Notes: a model not told the origin generated them from the sequence alone. Counted from the first letter of the stretch, positions 1-11,399 are shown. The stretch: 64,000 nucleotides of DNA from Marsupella aquatica (GCA_973895155.1 OZ316896.1:8267539-8331538), one strand, 5' to 3'. Numbers and translations: made by a program.

Positions 1-684
1 AAGGCCTCTAGTAACCCGTCTATGCAATTCACACCTCTGTAGCTTTACGAGGCTTTCCAGTTGTTTCTCAGTTTAGTTTCCAGTTCACTTGTTCTTTTCT
101 CGTTGTTGGGACTCTCAAATTTTTGCCTCTTTGGACTTCTTGGGGTTTTCCCCGTTTTTCCCTCCTCCATTGGGGTTTCTACTTTGGGGATATGTCTCCA
201 GACCAGTTATATTCTTTGGTAGGTTTTTATAAACTGAGGGCAGAACCCAAACTACTCTACACTAAGTACAATAGACCAAGGGAGCAACACGTTACCGTGG
301 AAGACCATCGTACTTTTCCATCTCAAACTTCACTCCTCCGAATCTAGCCATCTCTCTCTTCTTTCCCACTACCGATAGCTCTGGTAGTAGAACAGCTTCC
401 TCCACTGCACGCCGCACCGATGATCGTACCGGTGATACTAGTTCCTCCTCAAACGATAGCAGCTCCTCAGACTCACCGTTTGACCGTCGCGATCCTAAAG
501 CTCCACCGACGCCAATTCTTCCAGTATCCTCCGAGTCACTCATATGAAACAATCACAAAAAAACTTCTTTTTTCGAAACTCCTCATAAAACTCAAAAACT
601 CAACACCGCCGCGTAGCCCACGAAGCTAGGAGTCCAAACACTGAAAAACAAAAATTGAAACCAAAATCCGTTGAGAGGCCACAG

Positions 685-1012
685 GCCGTGGGTGGTGGAT
701 GCGAGCCAAGCTTCCAAGATGATCTCGCACAGACCATGGGTCATAGGCTATCCGCCCCCAAACTCAATAATAATCAAGACCCCTCACAGACCGTGGGTCG
801 TGGGTACATGCCTACCCAGGCATACCCACATGACTCACGAACCGTGGGTTGTGGGATATCTTCTCACTCATATCAAAACCTCATGGACCGTGGGTCGTGA
901 GCTCAATACTCACTCAAGCCAAGACCTCACCACCTGTGGGTCGTGAGCTCACTACTCACTCAAGCCAAGACCTCACCACCTGTGGATCGTGAGCTCACTA
1001 CTCACACAAGCC
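685..1012. repeat. Degenerate tandem array (~7 units of ~46-56 bp, core ACC(T)GTGGGTCGTG) in the Copia leader
   Basis: Core recurs at about 687, 734, 790, 841, 888, 933 and 979; the last units are near-identical 46-mers (gctcactactcactcaagccaagacctcaccacctgtgg.tcgtga). Confidence 0.8.
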
Positions 1013-1747
1013 AAGCGCTAAATACGACGGAAATTACGGACAAAGTACTATTTCTTAATTTGTCGTTTTCTCTGTGCCCTAAGTCACAACTGCACCTCGC
1101 CTTTCTGCAGTGCCAAATCGCCATTTCCAACGAGAAAAGTGAACGCCGCCGACCGGAAATGTTGTCGAATTGCACCGGCACAATCTGTAGCTCCAGCAGA
1201 GTAAGAACTTCCGCCGCGTCGCCTTCACTCCGCGTCAAGTGCCAATCTTGGACTCAAAACAACCGCCTTGCCGCAATCTCTCCATTGAGCCCTAGCACTT
1301 TGCATTTCTTCCTTCGAGTTGAACGTCACGACAAGTAACCCGGTTCAAGGAAAAACAAGCACCATAGCTTGTCAAAAAACCAGAACTCAACTGACATCCA
1401 CCCGTCACGTTTCACTTGGTAACAGCTCGGTAGTAACTCAGCTACCAAAACAACCAGCTCGCTTCAACCTTCAACATGATCTACAACATGCGACACCTCC
1501 CGCACTACACAACTCACACCGTTGAAAAATGCAAACTCTGGTCTCTCCCCCAAAAACCCGTCGAACACGAATAAAACCTGAACGACATAAACTTTGATTC
1601 CTCCGCACCACCGTTAGAAAGCCCTCTCACTAACTTATCCACTCAGCCACACACATTTGAGTTTCATGCGATGAAACTCCGAATGTACCATCGACAATGA
1701 ACGCTTGAAAAACTTATCACAAAAAAACCTCGTCAACTCTCAGGCAT

Positions 1748-1759
1748 GCTCTGATACCA
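1748..1759 (-). promoter_or_regulatory. Primer-binding site (tRNA-iMet)
   Basis: TGGTATCAGAGC on the minus strand, 2 nt after the LTR end. Confidence 0.93.
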
Positions 1760-1761
1760 CT

Positions 1762-2113
1762 TGTTGAGCATAGACGACATTCGTAACATCAAGCCCATGA
1801 ACCATCCAACGCACAATAGTCGACACACAGAGATATGTGGTTCACCTCCACATGAGGCTACGTCCACGGGAACACACAAGAGCTTTACTACACTCTAGGC
1901 CGACAGGCCATACCAAGCATCCACAGCACAAGCTCTCCCTATCTCTCAACTAGCTCCGTAACAATGAGCCTATATAAGTTCCACCAGGGTCTGGCATTAG
2001 CCCTGGCTATATACACAACAGCACTACCGCTAACATTAGCTAAGTCCTAACCCGAGTTAGCCTAACTATAGTTAGCTCAGACATGAGTCACAAGACTAGA
2101 GCAATATCTAACA
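1762..2113 (-). repeat. Copia 5' LTR (352 bp)
   Basis: TG...CA termini (tgttgagca...atctaaca); close match to 30157-30500 and 36726-37069, with two 4-bp insertions (tata, gaca). Confidence 0.95.
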
Positions 2114-3052
2114 CGTTGGCCAGAAATTTGAGAAGCCTTCGATCATATCAATGTCACAGATTACTCATTGGATCGGTTTTGTGCAGTTATCAACAGCGAG
2201 TTTCGGGATCATGTCTAATCAAAAAAACTTCAAAACTGTTGCTGCGTGTAGGCAATGCATCCAAAGACTCCATAGGTCTAATAAGCTTTGAACACTTCAC
2301 TACTACATATTGGCCCCTTTTGCGAAGCTTTTTTTTTACGCCGGGATGGTCTTGCGATGTCATCGACTTCAGATATTTTGTGATCAAACATGCATCACAA
2401 TAAACCATGCTCACAGGTTCGCAACATGGTGTTGCGAAGCTAAATACCTCGCAATTTGTTTGAGATCGGATTGAATTCGCAACTCTTTCAGATACTATTC
2501 GTCTCGCAAAGTATTTGTGGATCCGCGACCATCGCGACTGCATTTGGATCTCTTTTGTTTCATAATTTAGTGATAATAATGTACTCAAATATATATTGTG
2601 AACCTATTAGCTTCGCACAATATTGTGAAGCATAAATAGTCGCAAGTTACCGAATCCAGTTGATTCGCAAAGTTGAGAACACATTGGCATCACAATTACC
2701 GATGGTGTGTTATTCACAAAGTGTTCAGAAGTTGCTTCTTGACAAGCTTGAAAATGTTTTGCAAAGAGAGTTGTTTGAAAATTTTGTAGAATGGAAATGT
2801 TTGAGAGAGTTTCTTTACAAGATGGAGAATGCATGTGTTTAGGTTACAGCTAGGGTTTTCAAAAAGGTGGCATGCATGAGGATAGCTTTGGAAACGGCTA
2901 AGGTTGCATATATAACAGTGAGATGAAATTTCAAAGTCCAATTAAGTGTTTGTAAAACAAAAGAAGAAAAGTAATATGTTAATATAAATAAAACCATGAT
3001 AGTTAGTTTAGGGTCAAATTCTGGGCCCACAACAAGTTTTACTACTAGTGCA

Positions 3053-6000
3053 TCAAACCTGGTCCTCATCCTCGCCTCCATTTGACATAATAATAACGTC
3101 AGGTTTTTCCGAGATAATGGAACGGGACCGTGGCACATACGGTATAACAACTGACCACTCTAGGTCTGGTGGGTACGGAATATAGAAACACTGCTCAAGG
3201 TGACTTGGGAATGTAAATGGTTCAGATGTTTGCCAATGAGATGGTTGAAAGCTAGTTGCTGATGTCTTCAGTCGAGTAAACCCACACTCATCAAGAAGTA
3301 CCGTGCGATTATCACCAACCAGGTGAATTTTGAACCACTTACACTTGAAAACATACTCTTCAAATTTGGAATTGGCATCATAGGATATGATCAAGATCTC
3401 CTCAATCTTCCCATAGTGAGGCACCACATCTCTGATCACATTAGTGTCATGACGGCTACTTTGTGAATCTTGCATGAACTGCCCTTGAACTCCACAATCA
3501 AAAGTTCTTCCCCTCTTCTCATCAAGGTCAGAAATCCTGAAATGCCTCCCTTGTGTCCACATTGCTGTTCTGGTTTGAACAAGTCTTAAAGGACCATGAA
3601 CAATTGTTCGAACCTCAGGAGTCATATCTGGAAAATGTGATACATTCTCACCTTGGGCCACCATAGCATCCAACTGAAGTACTTTCTCCTTCATATACTC
3701 AAGGAACTTTGGAAAGATCCTTGGGCGACGACTCTCCCTCTTTGCATCCTCATAAAACTCTCTCCAATCTTCCATCACATTGCTGTTACTCAACATGAAA
3801 GTACTAACCTGTGTCAACTCCACTGCGGTTAGTAAGCGTGTTTTTTTTGCACCTGTTAAATGGTCCTCCTCCACTTCCCTCTCTTCCATCCAAGTGCGTG
3901 GAAAACTAGGATCAATGGTAGCTAAGATGTTACTACAATAAAACATACTCTCAGCTGCCAAGTATCCAGTTGCCATGCTCCCCTCCACTCGTGCACGGTT
4001 CCGTACATAAGCCTTTAACACGGCCATATACCTTTCCAGCCAATACATCCACCTACAATGCACCGGACCGGCAATGGCAACCTCCCTCACAAGATGAACG
4101 AGAAGATGCACCTGACAATCAAAGAAGGAAGGAGGGAGGGCCTTCTCCAACTTGCATACCACCTCTGCTGCCAATACCTCCATCCGTGGTATCTCTTCTT
4201 CATATATTTCCTTTGAGCATATCCATCTCAACAAAGTGCCCAGTGACCAAAGGGCGTCTTGCACTTCTTCACTCCCCAAACCTATGATTGCCACAGGAAT
4301 TATATGTTGTAGTAAACGATGATAGTCATGTGTCTTGAGATACATTGGCCATTTATGACTATCCTCCATCCCAAAAGCCTTACGTAGATTGGCACCATAG
4401 CCTGTAGGAAACCGCATCTGCCCTATGCGTTGTCGAAACTCTCTTCTTTCACCAACACTCAAAACCCATGGAGCTGAAGGATGATGTTCCATCCCTGTGG
4501 ATTCATCAACTGTTATCCATACATCTGGATGTCGTTCTAGATCCTGGCATGCCTCCCTAAAATTAATGTTCTTTTCCCCATAAAAGTGCTTGATCAAAGC
4601 CTTCCCAACATTTCCCTCTATATGCATGGGGTCTAACAAGTGATGAATCTTCAACTCAGGCCAATAGGGCAAAGTGGCCAGTATACCCCACCTTGTCAAT
4701 CCACTACCATCAAATCCCATGGCATCTTCAGGGTCTGCCACCCTATCAGCTATGGACTTCCAATACGAAAATGTTGTGCGGTCAGGTATCTCACGCTCAT
4801 CACCATTGATCATGTCAAAGTCTGAAAAAAAAGGGGGTCAGACCTCATGTGATGCCCAAGTGGAAGAAACTTGGTATGACCAAGGTAGATTATCTTGTGC
4901 AGCCATTTTGAGTACTTGGCCATATCATGAAGGCTTGGACCACAAGTGGAGCATGCCTTGTACCCTTGAGTTTGGAACCCAGAAACAAACCCAAACCCTG
5001 CTCACAAAATAACATTCTCAATTAGAGTCAAAGGAATTGAAAAGTTCATGTACATAGAATTAAAGAGGGACTTCCTTCCAAACAAACTTGATCTCCAATA
5101 CATGAAAAAAATACAAATCCATACCACTCACCTGGATAGTCATGCATGGTCCACATAATGATTCCCTTCAATTGGAAGACACGTGGTAACCCTCCTGTAG
5201 TTGTCCGACCATCATATGCCCATACACCCCCCCCATAATTTATGGAGTTCCCCAACCAAGAGCGCCAAGTAGGTGTCCATGTTTTTTACCTTAGATGGAC
5301 CTGGGATAATCAATGATAGCAATAAAAATCCCTTTTTCATGGACAACCATGGGGGAAGGTTGTAATTCATAACAACCACCGGCCAAACCGAAGTAGGGCG
5401 CCCTTTCCCTCCAAGGGAGTGTGGGCTTACCCCATCTGATGCCAACCCCAACCTCACATGACGAGGGTCACGTGCAAATTCTGGCCATTGTGACTCCACA
5501 TGCTTGTGAGCAGGGGAATCAACTGGCAACCGCATGACACCGGCCTCTGATCGATGTGTCTTATGCCATACCATCAATTCTGCCAAGTCAGAACATCGGT
5601 ACATGTGCAACAATCGAGGAATAATAGGAAACCAACGAACAACTTTTCTAGGCACCTTTGAGGTCAACATGTTGGTTTCATATCGAGGCTCTTGACAAAT
5701 TGGACACTCAGTTGCGCTGGCATTGGTCTCGTGATAGAGAATGCAGTCATTCACACAAGCATGACTGATATGGTATTCCATGCCAATGGATGATAGAACC
5801 CTCTTTGCCTCCTTCCAAGTTCCTGGCAACACATTTTCACTAGGTAACAAGAGATCATGGCAAATTGCAAACAAATCCGATAGTAGCGCATTGCTTGCCT
5901 TGTGTTTTGCCTGAAGATTCATCAATGCCAAGATGGCAGATAGTCTATTCAAACGAGCACCCCCATAAATAGGTGTTCTAGCATGTGCCTCAGCTTCTTC

Positions 6001-7633
6001 CCATTGTTTTTGTCCTTCAGGTGTACGTTGAGGCCTTGGATCATGTGCAACATTTGGTGGAGGGTCTCCTTCATTGGGTGGGACACCTCCTTCACCACCA
6101 ATGTCTACACCAAACCAATTTGTCATGAAGTCATCCATGGCTGACTCTTGGTCTTGCATGACCTCATAATCTGTCTGAGGTGCCCCTTCATCTGGACTGT
6201 CATTATCATTGTCACTTGATGAGGAATCTGCTGATGATGTTTCCCCGTCTTGTGGCAAGCCCATTTCTTGATATGTAGCTCTCAACCTCCTTGGCAACAT
6301 ATCTTGACTAGGCCGCACATTCTATAGAAAATACAATAAAGTATTCACAATGAAATTAACGCCAAATATAGTAGTGCTCGAAACATATTATTAACAATAT
6401 AAAAAGAACATGTCATTACAAAACATACGTTCACATACGATGAACGTATAATACATGTCCCTAAAGTAATCCTAATCCCATTCATAATGTGTAAACAACT
6501 CCTCTCCAACCATAATGGTCCTATTAGCTACAACTAGACAATGGTCATGATGATATCTCTACCCATAAGGGGCTGGAGGGGGACCATCAACAAAAACCCA
6601 TTCACAGTTTTTCCTACGCTTAGGCCGGGTCCCCACAGTACTGTTGATGAAACTGGCAATATTCCCACTACGGATGGGATCACCATCAATTATACGCTGG
6701 TCACAATACTTTCTGGTGCAACCATCAAAAGTATCCATGTCCAATGCATAAGTCTTCCACTCAGGGTGTTGAACAAGGATCATGTTCCAATGTCTCCTCT
6801 TGTAAATGGGTCCACCATACGGGAACAACGTTGGTCCATCTGAAGAGCGTCCTTTTCCACCCATATCATCCACAATAATGTCCTGACAAGAGAAAATCCC
6901 ATACCCATGCCTCTCCCCTAGGGTCGAACTCTTGACAACCCAACGTCTTCCCCAAACTTCTATCTCCTCACCATAGGTTATATCACATGGCAAACCAAGG
7001 CACTCCGGATTCCAATCCTTTATGATAGGAACACACTTCCCTGTGAAGGTACAAGGGCCCCATCTACCATCAACCCTACAAGTGTACTGATCCACTTCCC
7101 CTCTAGGCTGTCTTTTTGACTTTTTTTTCCCTCTTGTAACAATACCTTCACCCTTAATTGTCCCAACACTACCTTGCCCTGCTGCCACTAAACGAAAAGC
7201 TTGTGAAAGTGCCGAGCCTATAGCATCTAGAACTCCTTGTGAGGGAACATAGGGTGTTGGTGTAGTGGGTGTAGGCCTACTGGATACCTATAGGAAGAAA
7301 TGGAACCAAGTGAGTGTGATGAACCTCCCAAATTTTATTTTATGCTACCTAGCAAGATTTACAAAATAAAATGGAAATCACAGTAAGTTTACAACTCACC
7401 ATACGGGATGAAGAAGCTCCCGGTGTAAGACCTCGATGTTGGCCATATCGAGCAATGTGCTCCGCACATACATATGACTTTTGGACAACCATCCCCACAC
7501 ATTTTTTACAACCACAAAGTTGGCGTGGTGGACCACTAGGTCGACGTACGGTTGGTTCAGGTTGAGGAGGAGGATGACTTTCTTCATCGGAAGAGGAATC
7601 TGATGTGGTGGAAGTTGTAGAGGATGAAGACAT
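3053..7633 (-). CDS. CACTA TnpD-like transposase (Transposase-associated + Transposase_21 + DUF4218/DUF4216-like); predicted exons 7633-7400, 6321-5132, 4997-3053; two 1-nt frameshifts
   Basis: Motifs CGCKKC..AEHIARYG; HACVNDCILY..CPICQEPRY; RHVRLGLASDGVSP; SVWPVVVMNYNLPPWLSMK; MWTMHDYPG; GYKACSTC; HLLDPMHIEGNV; LKTHDYH; PPSFFDCQVHLLVHL..GPVHCRWMYWLERYM; EPFTFPSHLEQCFY. GT-AG junctions are in phase. +1 in the G8 run (5227-5234) and -1 in the T8 run (4825-4832). Confidence 0.9.
6472..7287 (-). CDS. SET-domain (lysine methyltransferase-like) exon inside the CACTA element; one in-frame TAG at 6559-6561
   Basis: VKSSTLGERHGYGIFSCQDI (GxG motif), FPYGG (YxG), YALDM...IIDGDPIRSGNIASFINS...KNCEWV; reading through the TAG gives RYHHDHCLVVANRTIMVGEELFTHYEWD*, matching the SET C-terminal A.R.I..GEEL..Y motif. 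Acceptor ttcctatag|GTA at 7287 is in frame. Confidence 0.85.
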
Positions 7634-8065
7634 CTGACAAGTATAGCAATTGGAAGGCGATTAGTAAAAACTTCACCAAAACCATCATTGATAATCCCTA
7701 CCTAAACATATTAAAAAGAATTGACAGAAAAATACCTTTATGAGACCCGGGCTTAGCAATGCCTTGACGGATCTTGTGGCTCAAATTTCATGAACCAAAT
7801 CTGGAAGGAGGGGAAAATCTGCCAATATACAATGAATTAAGCCATGCCTTATGGTGAACCAGAAAAAAAGGATGATAGATTGTAACCCTCCATATTTACA
7901 GCAATGACTAGAAATGCATGAGAAAATGTTATACCTTTCAGATGCCCGGGCTCTCGCAAGGCATTATCATGCATTAGCCAAAACTTTAAAAAACATGGGA
8001 AAGTGCCCTACAACGCCAAAGAGTTTTCCTCTCCATGTTAATGAGATAGACAAAGAAATATAAGT

Positions 8066-8860
8066 AACCCAAACCCTACCCTAAACCCAAACCATGAAAT
8101 AAAACCCTTCATTAAAACCTAACCCAAATCCCTCAATCACCCTAAACCCTTACCCTTATCCTAACCAATACCCAAATCCCTCATTAAAAATTCAAACCTT
8201 TACCCTAAACCCAAACCCCTACCCTAAACCCAAACCATGAAATGAAACCCTTCATTAAAACCTAACCCAAATCCCTCAAGCACCCTAAACCCTTACCCTT
8301 ATCCTAACCAATACCCAAATCCCTCATTAAAATTTCAAACCTTTACCCTAGACCCAACCCAAATCCCCCAATTACATATAAAACTCTTACCCTATCTACA
8401 CCTTACTTTACCTATATAGGCCAACCCCCACCCCTATAGTTATTCTAAACTTCACCCTAACCCCTAAATTGAGGCCCTTTTTTAAAACTTAAGCAAAAAT
8501 TGTACCCCCTCAATTAGAACCAAATCCAACCCTATATCATGTTACACCCCAACCCAAACACTTACATTAGAAACCCAACCCCTTTAAAAAAACCACAATT
8601 AAACCCCCCAACTAAAAACCAAACCCAATCCCTTTAAAAAACAACCACAATTCAACCCCTCAACTAAAACCAAACCCAACCCCTGTAATTACTCACAACC
8701 TAATGCAAACCTCTACCTTGAACCCTAAGCCAAACCCATTAATTTAAACCCAACCCTTTTATTCCAACCTAACCCAAGTTTTAACCCCCTTAATTAAACC
8801 AAATACTCCTAGATTAAAACCAAATATAAACCTAACCTTTAATTAAACCCAAACCTTTGT
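8066..8860. repeat. Telomere-like (AAACCC/CCCTAAA-rich) low-complexity tract, including a 143-bp tandem duplication (8078-8220 and 8221-~8360)
   Basis: Dense aaaccc/ccctaaa/cccaaa words, almost no G on the plus strand; the unit accctaaacccaaaccatgaaat... recurs at period 143. Confidence 0.8.
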
Positions 8861-9354
8861 TAACTTATATTCTAGTTATCCTTACAACCCAAACATCCAT
8901 TGACACCCCTTCCATGTTAACTTATGGGCACTTAACATACCTTAAATGTCGTTTGACAAACCTTAATAGCCGTTTGACACCCCAAAGTGTTTTCCAACCC
9001 TAAACCGATAAGACCTGCCTCGCAAATTATTTCACAAGTTAGAGAATATTTTTGCGAACCTACGACCTTCGCACTTGCTTCGCAAAAATAGAGGCCGAGA
9101 ACAATTTTTTGGGTCTTCTGCGGGTTGCGATGGCTTTGCGAAGGGAATAGATTCGGAAGTGCCTCGCAAGTTGCGAGACTATTTGCGAGGGCGCGGGCTT
9201 CGCAGTTTCCCATGCGTATGTCATCGCAAACCCGTTTTTGAACGGCGTAAACATCGGCGGGAGCTCGCATTCGGGCTCATTTCAGTTTTTGAGCGAGACG
9301 AGAAGGGCCGGGGCGCGCGCAACAGTACGAGGGAGACTGTGAGAGAGGGGAGCT

Positions 9355-11399
9355 ATGGCTACCGGTGAGGGGAGTGGAGGGCAAGGTGGTAGTGGTAGTG
9401 GTAGTGGCAATGGGGGAAATCCAGAGAAAGAGAAGAATGCCTGGGCAGACTTAGTGGCCCAACATCTCAATGCTGCACAATTGGGAGAAGTGAATCTCAA
9501 TTCTCCAGCAGGCTTGCCTCTTTGAGTGCCATTCTTGGACAGGTTTTGCAAACTGGGATTGTAGCAGGACAAGCTACTAGAGAGGGGGAGGAGAGGGCCG
9601 CAGCTGAAGAGAAGGCTAGAGAGAAAAAAAGGAAGAGAGAGGAAAGAACTAAGTCGGGAGTTGCCTCTCCTCAAGCCCTAGAGAAGCAGAAGAGAAGAGA
9701 GGAGAGAGATTCAATTCGAAAACAGAGGGAGGAGCAACGTCAGAAAGAGGAAGCAAGAAAAAAACTTCCATTCATTGCCTTGGAGACGAGTGGGACTCCA
9801 ACTGAGCTAGCATATGCAGGGGCTAAGAGCACAATCAAGCAGATTATCACAAGCAATTTCTCACGAGGCATGCAGTGGGGGAAGATTGAGAAGGCAGAGC
9901 GAAAGAGGGTCATCAACCAAATCAAGGATGCATTTCGCAATGGGCCTGACATAGATGAGCAATGGTTGGCAGATAAGATTTCAAATTCTATGTCTCAAAT
10001 GCGATACCATGACAGGATGAAGATTAGAGCCCACCTGAAAGACTTGAGATCATACAGGAACTTGCGTAGACCCCTCCACTTCACCGAGGACATCTGGAAT
10101 TCGTTTTACAAGATTGAGGTGCAAATTAAGGCAGCTCACGAGTTGGAAGAGTGGAAGGGCAATCTAGATCGAGCCTTGAAAGCAAAGGAGGCCGGGAAGC
10201 TCCCCCCTGACCACGACCTGAAGCCACTTGAGCAGAAGGTAGCTGAGATGCAGAAGGTGGCCGACCAGGAGGGAAAGCCACCCAAGCGTTTCACAGATGC
10301 AGCCAAACGAGTGAAATCCACCCCCAATCCAGTCCACAAGTTGGGTCAAGGCGGGCTCCCCGGCCTCAAGTCACACTTTGTGAGTGCCTCTTGCTCCTCC
10401 CTAACCTCTCTATTCCTTTCAGAGTTGTGCAATGCAAGTGAATGACATCCCCGAAGGTTCTTGCTGTTGTGCATGCTTGCTTGGTTACTAGTTTAGGGCA
10501 ACTCTGACACTTAGAATTTCTGGCAAATTTTTAAAAACTCTCGGGAACACAGTTTGCGAAGGTGTTGCGATGCGTATTTGTTCGCAAACCCCTCGCAAAG
10601 TCTATCATAGACTTTTTCCATTTCAATTTTCCGATGCCTTTGCGAACAAATGTGCATCGCAAACTCCATCGCAACGCCTTCGCAAAAAAAGGTGGTTCGC
10701 AAGTTGCTATGCTTATAGGTTCACAAATTTGAATTTTAAATTTTTTTTGGGCCATGTTTAGTAGTTGAGGATTTAGGCGTCACTTGTGGCTATAGGGTAT
10801 GCTTAAGGGGAAATTTAACCAATTTTAATTGGTTTTATGCATGGCAGTATCGGAGGTACAAAAGGAAGATATCAAAAAAGCATATTGAGGTGGCGATAGA
10901 GCATGGACGAAAGTACCTCTTTGCGATGGTAGATGCCGAGTTGGCTACTGTAAGTGTCGAAGTGTGAACCATATGATTAGCATGCGAACATTGTGAGTGA
11001 CCCTTTATGTCTTGCGGAAACTAATGATATGTAATGGATGCAGGATTCGGATGAGCCTGAGGGGTCGGGTGCTGATGTGACCAGTAGTGATGACAATGAG
11101 GGGGCTACTCCTGGTACTAGTGGTGCTCGGGGGGGAGTAGTCATGAGGTAGGTTCTTCCCACCGTGGTAGTGGTGGTAGTCGTGTGTCATCAGCACACGT
11201 TGATGACCAGGGGGAGGAGGAGGACCCTGAGGATGAGGAGGAGGATCAGGAGGGGCAGGAGGAGCCAGAGGAGCAGCAGGAGCAGGAGCAGGAGCGCCGA
11301 CGGCCATCACGCACCCGTCACCAACAGGATCCCCGGAAGGATAAGGGCAAGAAGCCAGCCAAGAAGCCAACCAAGAGGAGCCGCAAGAGCCCATTCTAG
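9355..11399 (+). CDS. CACTA ORF2 (TnpA/Ptta-En/Spm-like accessory protein), exons 9355-10379, 10848-10949, 11044-11399; two 1-nt frameshifts
   Basis: ATG at 9355 (MATGEGSGG...), coiled-coil K/E/R region, W..I...ERK.V / W..F helical core and HKLGQGG motif typical of CACTA ORF2 proteins; GT-AG introns in phase; acidic/basic tail. Frame breaks at ~9513 and in the G7 run (11129-11135). Confidence 0.7.

Larger units (their letters stand above)
1..2113 (-). mobile_element. 5' part of a Ty1/Copia LTR retrotransposon (same family as 30157-37069), apparently an internally deleted, non-autonomous derivative; continues beyond the window start
   Basis: LTR 1762-2113, tRNA-iMet PBS at 1748-1759, leader and gag start (MFHMSDSEDTGRIGVGG...EKYDG, 292-552) nearly identical to 34740-34990; homology to the full copy stops right after EKYDG (~304). 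Confidence 0.88.

Noticed and set aside
685-1012. Regularly spaced short core with variable spacers, superficially CRISPR-like
   Set aside because: Eukaryotic context, spacers are related to each other, no cas genes; it is a decaying tandem repeat in a retrotransposon leader.
2114-2140. Idea that the Copia LTR inserted into the left TIR of the CACTA element
   Set aside because: The real left TIR with its matching CTT TSD is at 2298, so the two elements are neighbours, not nested.
6559-6561. Programmed read-through or pyrrolysine at the SET-domain TAG
   Set aside because: The context TAG-AGA-TAT lacks the CARYYA read-through signal and plants have no Pyl system; a point mutation in a methylated TE is simpler, pending comparison with other copies.
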